Notes: generated from the letters alone by a model not told the origin. DNA of 63,157 nucleotides, filler included, from Stramenopiles sp. TOSAG23-2 (GCA_900128395.1; 5 parts of 5 records of this genome joined end to end with filler, not necessarily neighbours in it), one strand, 5' to 3'; counted from the whole stretch's first letter, positions 45,499 to 57,059 are shown. Program-made: numbers and translations.

Positions 45499-48240
45499 TC
45501 AAAACTGTACAAAACCTTTTGGCATTCTCTTGTTCCTACTCAATGGTATCTCCTTTAAAACCTTTTGCAGTTCCGATTCATTTCCTCTAGGTGTTCTAGT
45601 CGATGTTGGACTAACATGAAATATTCCATCAGCTGAAAAAAACCCAGAAGGTTCAACTACCTCAGGTTTATTCATACCACCCCAAAACATACCAACTGTT
45701 GGATTGTCTAACAATGGATCGTCATCATCATCACTATCACCTGAAGAAAAACTATCCTCATCATCATCGTAGAAACTATCTACATCATCATCATCACGTG
45801 TTTCATATGATCTGTAACTATCCATGCCATTGCTACTGCTTCTATTGCTATTTGCGTCTTTTCTATCCTCTTCACCTTGATTCATATCTTGTTTGCCCCA
45901 GAATTTTCCAGTAGGTATGGTATTAATATCATTATCTTTTCGCAATTGTTGTATACGAACACAATCAGATGCATGATCGATTGCAAGATCAAAAAGGACA
46001 TGTTTACCACAATTTTTACACTCAAATGTTTCATTGTTCGATGGAAATTTAATTTGTTGATTTTGTTTTTTCATTCGATTCCCACCGTCTTGTTGGATTG
46101 CTTCTTTATTTTTTACATCTTCATATTTTTTTAAAACATGCTCTTCATCGAAATTACTATGGTTGTTCTTAGTACGAGTCCTACTAATTTCTATTTTACA
46201 GTGTTGCGTATGATCCAATACATTTTCAAGTTTAATATTTTTGCCACATTTTTTACATTCGAAATATTCATAGTCTACTGCCACAAAATTTTTATTTTTC
46301 TGTTTTTTTGTTACCATAAAAGCGTCCTTCTTTTCCTCCTTTTTCTTTTTTCTTTCACTTTCTTCCTTCTTTTCTTTTTCAACAATACGCTTCAAAAACT
46401 TAGCATCTGTGCCTAAACCAACAGCCTCCGTTACTGCATCACGCCACATACGGCGAACTTCTTCTACAAAATCTTTTTCAGAATGTTGTTCTGATTGTTC
46501 AGCACCATTTGAATTGTCAACTTGCACAGGTGGTAATTTTACACTTTTTGATGATTTTTGCTCAGATATATTATTATTGTTGTTATTACTTTGCCTCGTC
46601 TTCTTTTTCTTTATTTCTATTTTGCTATTACCATAATCTTTACCATGAATAACTGTATACTTAAAAAGTTTCTGTTCAGTATTGTTGTTGTTGCTATTAT
46701 TATTATTACTATTATTAATGGTATTGTCTTTTTGAGTTGATGTTTTACGACTTTGTTGTGATAATGGTCTACTTTTATTACTAGTATGATCCTTTTTCAT
46801 TGGTGGAGTTGGTATATGGACTTTCGTATTAGTTGACATAGGAGCATTTTCCATTGGACGGTTTACTGTTTTATTTTTTGCATTGGCTGTGTCATTTTTC
46901 TTATCGTCATAACGTTTCGTTTTAATACTTCTATTTCTTGAAGACGCATCTTTTGTTATTTTTTCTTTTGCGTGAGAATTGAAAACAGACTTTTTAGATC
47001 TCGATTTTTCAATTTTTTCATATGGGTCTACACTCATAGGACGTACGCGAATTCCATCATCATAGATTTTGACAGGGGGATTGCTTTTGTTATTGTTATG
47101 ACGATTTGAATTGTTTCTTGCAGTGTAATCTATGCTAGTATCTGTACCTGCACGTACTCGAATACCGTCATCATATACTCTTGCAGGTTTATCACGGTTA
47201 TTATTCTTGTTTTTATTATTACTAGCATTTGAAGACATTGGATTTTCACTTGCTCGGTTATATTTTGTTGAGCCTGTAGTCGTTGTTGCCTTTTTTTTTT
47301 TGGATTGATGCTTTTTGCTAGTATTATTGCTTTTTTCACCAAAAATATCACCAAAAAACTCTTTACTACCTTCATATGAAGAATTATTATTATTATCTTT
47401 ATTCTTTGATTTATTTCCATATAATTTATTCATGACACGTTCTTTAATGTTATTTATATCATCAGCAACATCACGAGATTCTTCAAATTTTCTACTATCT
47501 TGTTGTTTTTGTGCAGCCAGCCTTCGCGCTTCTGCACGTGCACGTGCTTTTTCTTCAGCTTTCTCTTGCGCATACCGCCTCATGCGCTCCTTCTCTTGCG
47601 CCGCTTCAAAATGTGCTTGCTGCATTTTTACAAATTTCCATGCTCTTTTCAATTCTTTTGCTATATGAGATTGGACTTCTTTTTGTTTCTTCATTGTTGC
47701 ATGGTTATTTTCTTGTTTTACATTTCTTTTTTTCATTCCACGTGGATTACCGATACCAGAGGTAGCTCGTGCACGAACATTAGCACGCTCCCGTGATTCC
47801 TCTTTTGCCCGCACAGTGCGATCATACCGAGATTTAGACGATGAATCAGACAATATATCATAAGACGTTTTAATCAAGACAAAAAGTTCATTTGTATCCT
47901 TATTTTTATCAGGATGATACTTTCTTGCTAAGTTTCTATATGCTTTTTTAATAGCTTTTGCATTTGCGTTTGTTTGAATAGCTAATGTTGCATAGTGACT
48001 TTCTTTAAAATATGCTGACATGCGTAATAATTCGTCACCAACTTGTTTTGCTTCAATACTTGTTGCTCTCCATAAATACTTTGACTGTGGCTGGTTGACA
48101 TGTGTTTGTACCTGTTCATCCAATAAACGCTTCGCAGTCGAAAATGCAGCATAACCAGCATGTACATCACCAGCAGCCAAACATTTCTTGGCTAAATTCC
48201 ATGATTTTGCTGCTTCTGCATTAGAAGCTAAGCCAGGCAT
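45499..48240 (-). CDS. DnaJ-domain protein with two C2HC-type zinc fingers and long disordered region
   Basis: HYATL..IKKAYRNLARKYHPDKN..SYDILSD; FECKKCG..DHTQHC and FECKNCG..DHASDC. Confidence 0.85.
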   Translation of the reverse strand: MPGLASNAEAAKSWNLAKKCLAAGDVHAGYAAFSTAKRLLDEQVQTHVNQPQSKYLWRATSIEAKQVGDELLRMSAYFKESHYATLAIQTNANAKAIKKAYRNLARKYHPDKNKDTNELFVLIKTSYDILSDSSSKSRYDRTVRAKEESRERANVRARATSGIGNPRGMKKRNVKQENNHATMKKQKEVQSHIAKELKRAWKFVKMQQAHFEAAQEKERMRRYAQEKAEEKARARAEARRLAAQKQQDSRKFEESRDVADDINNIKERVMNKLYGNKSKNKDNNNNSSYEGSKEFFGDIFGEKSNNTSKKHQSKKKKATTTTGSTKYNRASENPMSSNASNNKNKNNNRDKPARVYDDGIRVRAGTDTSIDYTARNNSNRHNNNKSNPPVKIYDDGIRVRPMSVDPYEKIEKSRSKKSVFNSHAKEKITKDASSRNRSIKTKRYDDKKNDTANAKNKTVNRPMENAPMSTNTKVHIPTPPMKKDHTSNKSRPLSQQSRKTSTQKDNTINNSNNNNSNNNNTEQKLFKYTVIHGKDYGNSKIEIKKKKTRQSNNNNNNISEQKSSKSVKLPPVQVDNSNGAEQSEQHSEKDFVEEVRRMWRDAVTEAVGLGTDAKFLKRIVEKEKKEESERKKKKEEKKDAFMVTKKQKNKNFVAVDYEYFECKKCGKNIKLENVLDHTQHCKIEISRTRTKNNHSNFDEEHVLKKYEDVKNKEAIQQDGGNRMKKQNQQIKFPSNNETFECKNCGKHVLFDLAIDHASDCVRIQQLRKDNDINTIPTGKFWGKQDMNQGEEDRKDANSNRSSSNGMDSYRSYETRDDDDVDSFYDDDEDSFSSGDSDDDDDPLLDNPTVGMFWGGMNKPEVVEPSGFFSADGIFHVSPTSTRTPRGNESELQKVLKEIPLSRNKRMPKGFVQF

Positions 48241-49003
48241 ATTGAGTATACCGGTATTGATCTTGTTTATTACTATTACGGAAGGGGGACGTTCTAATTA
48301 TTTAACGCAACACATATCCTCTATTTTATAATTTCTTTAATGTAGTGTTTTGTTGCAATTGGTTTTTATGTTATTGTACATCGATGACTAATTTATCATT
48401 TCTATTGATAAATACAATATTTTTATTAGTTTTTTCTAACGGTTGTCGAGAGTGTGCAAGTGCACAAGTGTGCAAATCGGATCCTCTCTCTACAGTAAGG
48501 TAATTTGTACACCAGGTACACCGTACACCACCACAAAGGAAAATTTCTGAAAATCTAAAAATATATTAAGTATATATATTTGTATACTAATATTTCTATC
48601 ACCTGGGAGGTTTTTGGCTTTTGGTTTTTCTCTCTGTTTTTTATCTATCGTCAAAAGAGAGTGTACAGTAGCAGACCAGTAGTACCTATAGAGGAGACAC
48701 CATTATTGTGAAGGGACCGAGTATGTTTTTTACCTACTCGATTCCCTTCGTTCTTCTCTAGTATTACGTATCAGACATGATGCTATTTGCATACTATCCA
48801 AAGTCAAAGAAGATCCTCTTAGAAATTGAATGAGGACACATCTACATCTCGTAAAAAAAGGAGGGGTTAGGGTCGTGAAACATAAAAAAATGTATGATAT
48901 ATATATCGATACGTCTGTATATATATATATCGATATGCATATATATATATATATATATATATTTAAAACAAAGTGAACAATATTAAGACAAAACAACAGC
49001 AAT

Positions 49004-49245
49004 ATGCCAAGAATTCATCATAATGCAACACCAAAAACCCCGAAATCATCGAGAAATGTTATTACGAAATCTAATCATGAAAATTTAATATTTAATACTT
49101 TAAATATTTTCAAAAAGGTAAAAGTGAAAACGAAAACATTAACATCTTCTATTATATTGAATAGAAATGTTAAATGCATGGGCGCTGATGACGCCATATC
49201 CTTGCATGGCGTAAAACTTCGTCCTCATACATTTATTGAAACCTT
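49004..49245 (+). CDS. 5' gene fragment, apparently truncated
   Basis: ATG after a typical (TA)n/A-rich leader; coding-like to ...RPHTFIETL, then runs into the antisense of the opposite ORF. Confidence 0.4.
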
Positions 49246-49526
49246 GCACGAGCAAGTTTTTTTCTACTTTTTTGTAAAGTTCCTTCTAAATTAACACGTT
49301 CAGCTTTTTCCTCTGCTAATTGTTCTTTTAACATGATAATTTCTTCCATTAAATCATCCACATCAGCATCTAAAATACTTTGTGCTGATTTTGCTTTTTT
49401 CTTTTTCTTTTTCTCATGTTGATATTTTTTCAGATCTTTTTTTTTCTTCTTTTCAATTGCCATTTCTTCATCATCAGGAAAATCAACACTTTCTGCATTT
49501 GATTTTCTACGACGTGATGATGACAT
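49233..49526 (-). CDS. Coiled-coil ORF, probably a truncated 5' gene fragment
   Basis: 97 aa, Lys/Glu-rich; coiled coil ends abruptly where it overlaps the + strand ORF. Confidence 0.55.
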   Translation of the reverse strand: MSSSRRRKSNAESVDFPDDEEMAIEKKKKKDLKKYQHEKKKKKKAKSAQSILDADVDDLMEEIIMLKEQLAEEKAERVNLEGTLQKSRKKLARARFQ

Positions 49527-50346
49527 ATTTTTAATTATTATTATTATTATTATTATTATTCTGTAGTTGGATTGATATTGATGATGATAATGGCGGTGGT
49601 AATACTAATGTATGTGTATATATTCTGTTGCTGCTTTTACAAATATAGTTCTATGTATTAATTACAATTAATGTTTCCCTTGTATTATTTCTTTTTGTCG
49701 TCATCGTCATTTCATATATATATATATATATATAATTATTATATTATATGGAATATATAAACTCATAACGTTTGAATGTACATATACTTATTATATAATA
49801 ATTGTGCAATTCTATTTTTATACCTCATCAGCTGTGATGATGGCTACATTCAGGAAACCTTACCAGCTTACCAGCTTACCAGGCTTATACCAGCTTACCG
49901 GTACAGTAAACGAGCAAATCCAATGCTCGTGCGCTCCTCAAGAATCGGAGCGTAGCGAAATAACTTGCACTTTTTTAGATCCAGAATTTAAAGTACAATT
50001 ATTAGACTAATAAATGAACAATTGAAATGAGATAAATAATGCAATATTTAATATTGGATTGAAATTATTTGATAGGGAATTTAAAGGGCCTTCTTATTTA
50101 GGCCGTCACAGCATTACGTTAATTTTTTATTTGTACTTTTTTAGTCTAACCAACCCTATCAAAACAAAAATCCGTAATGAGGAAAGGATGAAGATTTGTC
50201 CATTAAAAAAGGAGGGGGAAATATGATATATAATAAATAATATAAAAACACACACAAACAAAGAAGTAACATGTTCATCGAGACATTCACATATATACAT
50301 AAACATATATCAAACCAAACGAGAAGAAAAGGAAAAAGAAAGGATT

Positions 50347-50593
50347 ATGAAGTTTACATTGTTTGTAGTTGCATTGATTGCGGTTGCTACCGTTGCACAC
50401 GGTGCAAATTTGAGACCGTATTTCATTCGACGAGATGGTAAGCAAAATGCCAAAAGGTTATCGTCCGTCACCATCAATGGTAAAATCATGGCGCGAGATG
50501 GCCGGAGAAGACATGAAATTATCATACAACGAATATTTAGCTCACGTGAAAAAACAAGCTGCAGCAGGTAAAAGGAAAGCTTCAATGTTTTAG
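50347..50593 (+). pseudogene. Frameshifted small secreted EF-hand-like protein
   Basis: Frame 1 gives signal peptide MKFTLFVVALIAVATVAHGANLR; the +1 frame (50414-50593) gives DRISFDEMV...WREMAGEDMKLSYNEYLAHVKKQAAAGKRKASMF*. Confidence 0.5.
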
Positions 50594-50862
50594 AGATGTG
50601 AAAAAACATTTTAGTTAAATAACGATGAGGGAAAATGCGCGTGTATATTATTTTATTAATATCATAATATGTACATATACGAATTGTTGGTGTGGTAAAT
50701 TAGGTTTTGAGTTTAATCGGAGAAGAAGAAGACCACAAAACTTATTATTTACGGACAAGGAAAGAAAAGTGTGTAGAAGAGTGTTCCATTAAGAAATTAA
50801 CTTGTGCACTCTTGTGGGTCAAAAATTAAAAAATTATATAATTATGTTCACAAAAAAATGAT

Positions 50863-50934
50863 GGTTAAAATCTAAAAGTTATAATAATTTTACACTTCTC
50901 GTGTTAAATAATATCATATGCTCAATACTCAATC
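50863..50934 (+). repeat. Dispersed conserved non-coding element, copy B
   Basis: GGTTAAAATCTAA..TTATAATAATTTTA..TTCTCGTG..AAATA..GCTCAATACTCAATC; matches 24513-24594. Confidence 0.7.
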
Positions 50935-51197
50935 GCAAGAATAATATGCTATCCTACTATAGTAAAGCTCTAATGCACCTCTGCAAACTAATACTCTACA
51001 AGCACAAGTAGGTTTCTATCCTTCCAACATGTTCGAACGTTGAACGCGTTGGACGCAAGGCTCATTCGATAGCGGTGAGGCTGTCGAAGTGAAAGATCCT
51101 GTTGTGAACAACAACTGGTAACTATCCGGATAAAGATCCTGAAGTGCACGGTTGTGGCAGAAAGCCGCGGTTTTGATCACTTTAGCTTGTTCACAAA
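50935..51197 (+). ncRNA. Candidate structured ncRNA, family unidentified
   Basis: GC-richer island with nested helices: CCTACT/AGTAGG, CTATC/GATAG, TCCAAC/GTTGGA, TTGTGAACAA/TTGTTCACAA, AAGTG/CACTT, GGTTGTGGC/GCCGCGGTT (G-U pairs favour + strand). Confidence 0.45.
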
Positions 51198-51367
51198 AAT
51201 AATATGATATGATATGACTCGGTAATTTAATTCGTACTTTCGGTAAAAATATTTTTTTACACTCTCTAAAAAATAAAAATAACACGCGTGTTCGTAAAAT
51301 GTTCCGGGGGGTAATATCTGTCTTTTTATATTATATATAAAAAATATACTTTCTCTCCTCCCTGCTC

Positions 51368-53716
51368 TCATCGTTGTCTCAACACGACGCACTTGATAAA
51401 TCTTCTCTCGTTCGAATCTTTTAGTACATTTGATTCCTCTTTTAAACGAGCCAATAAATCATAAACCGCACCACCTCTCATACCACTATTTATGACAACC
51501 TCCCCATCAATAGAATAAATTACATCGCCACGTTTCAAATCAATCTTTTTATTTCGCTTTTTCTTATCCACTGATTTCACTACTAAATTATTCCCAACAA
51601 CAGAAAACGTTACACCCCAATTTTCTGCTGCTGGCAAGTGGACATTTATCTGTTTTGAGTTACGACATATAAAATCATTGAGGGCCGTAACCATCTTTTG
51701 CGGTACTATAAAAGTTCTCGTTTGGACTTGAGATGACATTCCTTCTGTGTCTGTAGGTTCAATACAATAATCTTCTTCTTTCCAGTCTTCGGGTAATGCA
51801 AATGCAAATTGATCACTTATCTCAAGATGTATTTTACCATGAACAAATAATGGAATGTTTCTACTTATTGCTGAGCCAAGTTCCATTAAATATACGCTAT
51901 CGCTTTTTCTCGTTGCGTCACTTATGAAAATATCAGCAGTGGACAATAATTTCATTCGTTCAGTGAATGTTAAATAACGAAATGAAGATTTATATTCCAC
52001 ATTTGGAACTACTTCACAATAATAATCGTCTAGAAAAAACTTTTCCAATGCGTCAGATGCCATGGATATATACAATTTAGGCTTCTTCAACCATTTTATA
52101 AGATCGTCATTGTTTGTTTCTTGTGGAACATCTGCATCTACATCGAATGCTTCATGGCGAGAACCCGAAGACGTTGAAGTAGATCCATTTATAACTGTAT
52201 CATTATTAGTTTTGCTATTTTTGTTATTAACAATGGTCTTATTTCTCGTAGTAGTCGTATTAGTTGTTGTCAATGATGTAGATACATTCATATTACCATT
52301 TGCATCATTGGAATCATCAAAATTGCCATCATCATTGCTGTCATCAACATCAATTATGTCATAGTTGTTGTTATTTTCGCTAATTGTAGTTTCATGATTA
52401 TCATTGTTCTTAGTAGTTGAAACAGCAGCAGCAGCTTCTACTACTATTTCTTCCATCACTTGCCCCTCTGCATTACTAGTTTCTTTGTTTTGAACATCTT
52501 TCCCTGGATTATCTATGCTTTCTGTGCTTTCCGAAATATTCACACTACCAGTATCTTCCATTTCTACAAATTCATACCCAGGATACTCATACCATTCATT
52601 ATAACGTTTAACTTCATCTCGATAAACAAATAATTTATGCAACTTTTTCCTACTAAAATTTTCAGTTGAACCATCTTTAAATAAAACTACATAAAAATGT
52701 TTTTTCTTATCATCATGGTATTCAATAACAAGACCAGTCCACCACCCAAAGCCAGCATATTTTTTATCAACAAAACAACCCACTAATTGCTTACCAGTAG
52801 TGCGAGGGTGCATTCGAACACCGGTTGCACTTAATGTGCATCCTTGCTTTGCTCCTAAAATTTTTTTTGCACCTACTTGATTGTTGCTACTGCCATCTTT
52901 TGTTGTTGTTGTTGTTGGCGATGATGAAAATGTACTTTGCACCACAACCCTTTCATGCCTAAATCCTGTTTTGACTTCAAGAGACTTCAAAACATTCTGT
53001 TGCTTCTTTGTAGCAGCTACAAGGACTGACCCAATCTTTTCTGTTCTGTGATTAATTATTACCTCTTTTCGATTATCATTCTCAGAAAGTGGAATGGTAT
53101 AATCTATCTTGATTTCACTTGGATCGTAACTAGCACGCTTTATCTTGGAGCGAGCACTTCCTGAACGAGTCGAAGAAGCGCCTGAATTTTGATCTTTTCC
53201 ATTCGTACCATTTACTTTAACCTTTTTTGGTGTTGGAGTTTCCCCAAGTTCAAGCTTACGCCTTCGATTTGGGACAGGCTCGGCTTTTGGCTTCATTTCT
53301 GGTAGATTATCGACCATTTTAATAACATATTTATTAGATGTAGAACCGTTGGTATTTACTGTCTGTCCTTCTTGAAGCCTAAAATATATTGTCATAGGAC
53401 GTTTTAGTGCGTTTAAAATCCTACAGACCACTTGAAGGTCAAGACCTTCAAGATCAAAATTTTGAGCAGCACATAAGACAGCATCTTTTGGTATCTGTTC
53501 CAGTTGACTTATGTAAATGCAGCCATCAGTATGCCCTTTGAAGAGCACCCTCTGTTGATTACGTTTTACATCAACATCATGCACCAAGGCAATATTAAGT
53601 AACCCTGTTTCGCTAATTACGACTGGTAAGAAATTTGATAGTTCTTTTTGTGTAAATGAACTACATTTTTTTAACACATTTTGAAGATCAAGACTCATGA
53701 TTCTGTCATTCTCCAT
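51368..53716 (-). CDS. Multidomain protein with Tudor-like (PTM/DIR17-type) domain and C-terminal PDZ-like domain
   Basis: LVGCFVDKKYAGFGWWTGLV..YVVLFKDGSTE; WGVTF..LVVKSV..LKRGDVIYSIDG; an N-terminal segment ending RPMTIYFR may be a degenerate PDZ. Confidence 0.7.
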   Translation of the reverse strand: MENDRIMSLDLQNVLKKCSSFTQKELSNFLPVVISETGLLNIALVHDVDVKRNQQRVLFKGHTDGCIYISQLEQIPKDAVLCAAQNFDLEGLDLQVVCRILNALKRPMTIYFRLQEGQTVNTNGSTSNKYVIKMVDNLPEMKPKAEPVPNRRRKLELGETPTPKKVKVNGTNGKDQNSGASSTRSGSARSKIKRASYDPSEIKIDYTIPLSENDNRKEVIINHRTEKIGSVLVAATKKQQNVLKSLEVKTGFRHERVVVQSTFSSSPTTTTTKDGSSNNQVGAKKILGAKQGCTLSATGVRMHPRTTGKQLVGCFVDKKYAGFGWWTGLVIEYHDDKKKHFYVVLFKDGSTENFSRKKLHKLFVYRDEVKRYNEWYEYPGYEFVEMEDTGSVNISESTESIDNPGKDVQNKETSNAEGQVMEEIVVEAAAAVSTTKNNDNHETTISENNNNYDIIDVDDSNDDGNFDDSNDANGNMNVSTSLTTTNTTTTRNKTIVNNKNSKTNNDTVINGSTSTSSGSRHEAFDVDADVPQETNNDDLIKWLKKPKLYISMASDALEKFFLDDYYCEVVPNVEYKSSFRYLTFTERMKLLSTADIFISDATRKSDSVYLMELGSAISRNIPLFVHGKIHLEISDQFAFALPEDWKEEDYCIEPTDTEGMSSQVQTRTFIVPQKMVTALNDFICRNSKQINVHLPAAENWGVTFSVVGNNLVVKSVDKKKRNKKIDLKRGDVIYSIDGEVVINSGMRGGAVYDLLARLKEESNVLKDSNERRFIKCVVLRQR

Positions 53717-54361
53717 GATTGAAAAACAACACGTGATATTGTAAAGAAATTACGCCGTGGTTCGCAGGTTGATACTTTGACGCTCGCTGATATATATATG
53801 TTGGATATTGGTACGTATATGTTTATGTACAAAAATATCTGTCTCGACTATCTCCTACAATTCCTATCATTCATTCAAAAATAATTGTATATCTTTTTTT
53901 TGCACTTTTTTTCACCAACCACCACCAACTTAGACTAAGCTCTACTAGAGCTACCACAGGTATTATATTATACCAGGTACCAGGTACTACCGACCGATTT
54001 TGCGGTGTCACATGGTACCATGGTGGTATTATAGCAGGGAAGAACGTAGGGAATCGAGTTATACTGTACCAAGTACTGAAATGTTGATGATATATGCTAT
54101 ATGCTGCCTGGATTTCATTATTAAATGTTAAATGGAAAATGGTGCAATCTGGCAATCCACAGCAATGATTGACACAAAAAATTACGTATCGATATGCTTA
54201 TTATTATGAAGTTAAGTTAATTTAATGACATAATATTTTTATAATTTTTTCATTTTTATAAAAATAATCTCAAATACTTCCCCCCATTTTATATTTTATA
54301 GAAATACTTATAAGTTATATACGTACATACGTACACATTGTATCATACGAATATCTAAATT

Positions 54362-56248
54362 TTACAACATATCTTCAGGATTTTCAATAGAACGTTTACT
54401 TTCTTCTTTTACATTTTTTTTCGCAACTTTTCTTCGATTATATATCATACGTTCTTTACTATATTTACTTGGACGTGGTTTTTTTTTTTTCTCCTCCTCT
54501 TTTGATGATAAAAAATTCCAATAATTTCCACTGCTACTTTTTGTTTCTACTTTACGATTATTTCGTCTCCCTGTCCTATTACTAGTAACTGGTGCAGTTG
54601 ATGGTCGATTATTATTAACATTTGTTTTTGTTTCCGTATTAAAATTTTGCTTGCTTTTCCGTGGAGGTGAATTTTTCTTTTTTTCTTTGTCAAGATCACT
54701 TCGAAACCAATTTTCAGGACCTTCATACCCTTTCCTACGATCAAGCATATCACGACGATCTTCAAATGTATCCAATTCTGCTATTGTTCCTTGCGCTTCA
54801 CGCATCATTGCACCTACTATTGAATTTTGATCAATAGATGGTATAACACCTTCCATGCTAATATCACCCCAACCACCATTCATTTGCTGTTTTTGTTGTT
54901 GTGGGGCCCATGCTGGTGCCGTATTTGGCCGAGAACCACCGCGGCGTTGTTGATTTGATTGATATGCAGCTGTATTTGGCCGAGCCCTACGACTACTACC
55001 TCGTGATAATGATTCATTCAATAATCCACCAGTTTGATGAGTTGTAGTTGTTGGTGCTGTACGAACTCTTGGACCTCGTGCACTTTGACTTCCATTACTA
55101 TTTTTACTACTATTCCTACTATTCCGATTGCGCCTGCTGCTATTTGCAGGTGCTGTACCTGCACGTTTTCGCTCTTTTTTAATAGCATTGCGCCGTACAC
55201 GATCTTGAACCAATGGTCCAACTGTATGGTCTGTCAATAACAACCCTTTGAAATCCATTCCATCAAATGGACCAGCTTCTTTATATGCATCACGTGCCGT
55301 TTTTGGCCGTGCCAATTCATTGATACGTCGACTGCATGGTGTTAATTTAGTTGCTTTCATAACTTTTGATCCATATTTTTGTTTCGCTTGAAATTCTTCC
55401 CTCATTTCTTTCGTACGCATTATTTTTTTCATTTCTTCCAATTCTTCCTGATACCTGTCTTCTTCATATTTTTGCCTGATAAGATCAGCTGCTTTTTTAT
55501 CTGCATTGATAATTTTGTCATTTAACACTAAATGTAAACGATCTGGCGCGGTATGGATGTAATCCGTCCATATTGAACCATTTCTACGATAAAATTTTTG
55601 ATCTTTTATTACATTTCCTTCCATAGTTATACGTGGTGTTAACTGCATACTTCGATCTTCTTCAATACTTTCTCCACCACCGCCAGCACCACTAGCATTG
55701 CGATCGATGTTATTATTTGGAATATTATAATGCATACTTATCTGCGGAGCTGTTGTCGGCCTACCATTGACAATTCCCATTTCCACTATATGGTTCATTT
55801 CTCGCTGTTTTAGAAATCTAGTTTGTTGTTTGCGTTTTGCATCACTACGAGATTTTAATTTTTTCGCAATTTTTCTTTTTTCCTTTGCTATTTGTTTGTT
55901 GACGTATTGCATGTGCAATGCATCTAAATCAGGCCTACGCCCAACAAACTTTTGCCTCGATGGTGGACAATGGACAGATGGATCTGTCCATATAGCACCA
56001 CCACCTCGATATGCGTTCTTTCTCCAGTATGTCCAATCTTTTACAACTATTTCTTTTTTACGGTGACGTGGACCAACACCAGTGGTAGTAGATGGCCTTT
56101 GCTTATTTCTTATATTATTATTATTATTATTATTACTAATTTGTTTTCCAGCTGGTGCAGGATCTTGCAAGACACTACTATTATTAACTAGCGACGGTTC
56201 TTCATCCCAATATTTTCTAACATTTTCAACTAATTGCTTTGGATCCAT
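54362..56248 (-). CDS. Basic disordered protein with recurrent RPxTAP motifs
   Basis: 628 aa; RPSTT, RPTTAP, RPKTA, RAGTAP, RVRTAP, RPNTAA, RPNTAP, RPSTAP; RINELARPK. Confidence 0.75.
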   Translation of the reverse strand: MDPKQLVENVRKYWDEEPSLVNNSSVLQDPAPAGKQISNNNNNNNIRNKQRPSTTTGVGPRHRKKEIVVKDWTYWRKNAYRGGGAIWTDPSVHCPPSRQKFVGRRPDLDALHMQYVNKQIAKEKRKIAKKLKSRSDAKRKQQTRFLKQREMNHIVEMGIVNGRPTTAPQISMHYNIPNNNIDRNASGAGGGGESIEEDRSMQLTPRITMEGNVIKDQKFYRRNGSIWTDYIHTAPDRLHLVLNDKIINADKKAADLIRQKYEEDRYQEELEEMKKIMRTKEMREEFQAKQKYGSKVMKATKLTPCSRRINELARPKTARDAYKEAGPFDGMDFKGLLLTDHTVGPLVQDRVRRNAIKKERKRAGTAPANSSRRNRNSRNSSKNSNGSQSARGPRVRTAPTTTTHQTGGLLNESLSRGSSRRARPNTAAYQSNQQRRGGSRPNTAPAWAPQQQKQQMNGGWGDISMEGVIPSIDQNSIVGAMMREAQGTIAELDTFEDRRDMLDRRKGYEGPENWFRSDLDKEKKKNSPPRKSKQNFNTETKTNVNNNRPSTAPVTSNRTGRRNNRKVETKSSSGNYWNFLSSKEEEKKKKPRPSKYSKERMIYNRRKVAKKNVKEESKRSIENPEDML

Positions 56249-57059
56249 TTTGTTGTTGTTATTGTTGTTTGTTATTTAATAATATATTGTAATATATGAT
56301 GACACTATTTTAAAAAAAAAAAAATTTCTTTACCTCAATAATAATATAATTTACTTAATGATAATATAAGATATAGTATATAATATATATCAAAAATTGC
56401 TTTTATTATTGGTCTATCACTCACGTTTGTATATTTATAAAACAATAGGTTAGAATTTGTTTCGAATGTATGTAATATGTATTATTGAATCAACAATGTG
56501 AAGTACAATAAAAGTACTAATAGACGTTAACAAGTTATGATGTGTTATTAACGAACCAGGCACCCAGGCACCCAGGTCCTAAACTTAAAACAAGAAGCAC
56601 GTACTGTGTACCACCAGGCCTTAGGGCAGGGTGGTAGTCTAGAGCATATATTGTGACATAATACTGTACAGCAGCTATTTAGGTTAAGCCGGACTTAGTG
56701 GGATTTAGCACAGCAGCAAATCACATCATCGTACTTTATTTCCCTATCTAAATGTAGAGGGGGGATGAAACTGTTCTTCGGATGCTATCTGGCAGCTATT
56801 TATATTGTGATGGAGCTATACTGTACCTGGTACATACGCTTCTATATGAAAAGAATGCCAGAGGGAATGCCAGAATGCCGTTGCATAATAATAATAATAT
56901 ACATCATAATATATATTATACCATATGTGACTATATATACTTCATGAACGAAAAATTAATAATATAGATTGAATATATAACTAAACTCAAATAGGAAAAG
57001 AAAAACAAAAACAACATATATATATATATATATATAATATATATATATAGAGTAATATA

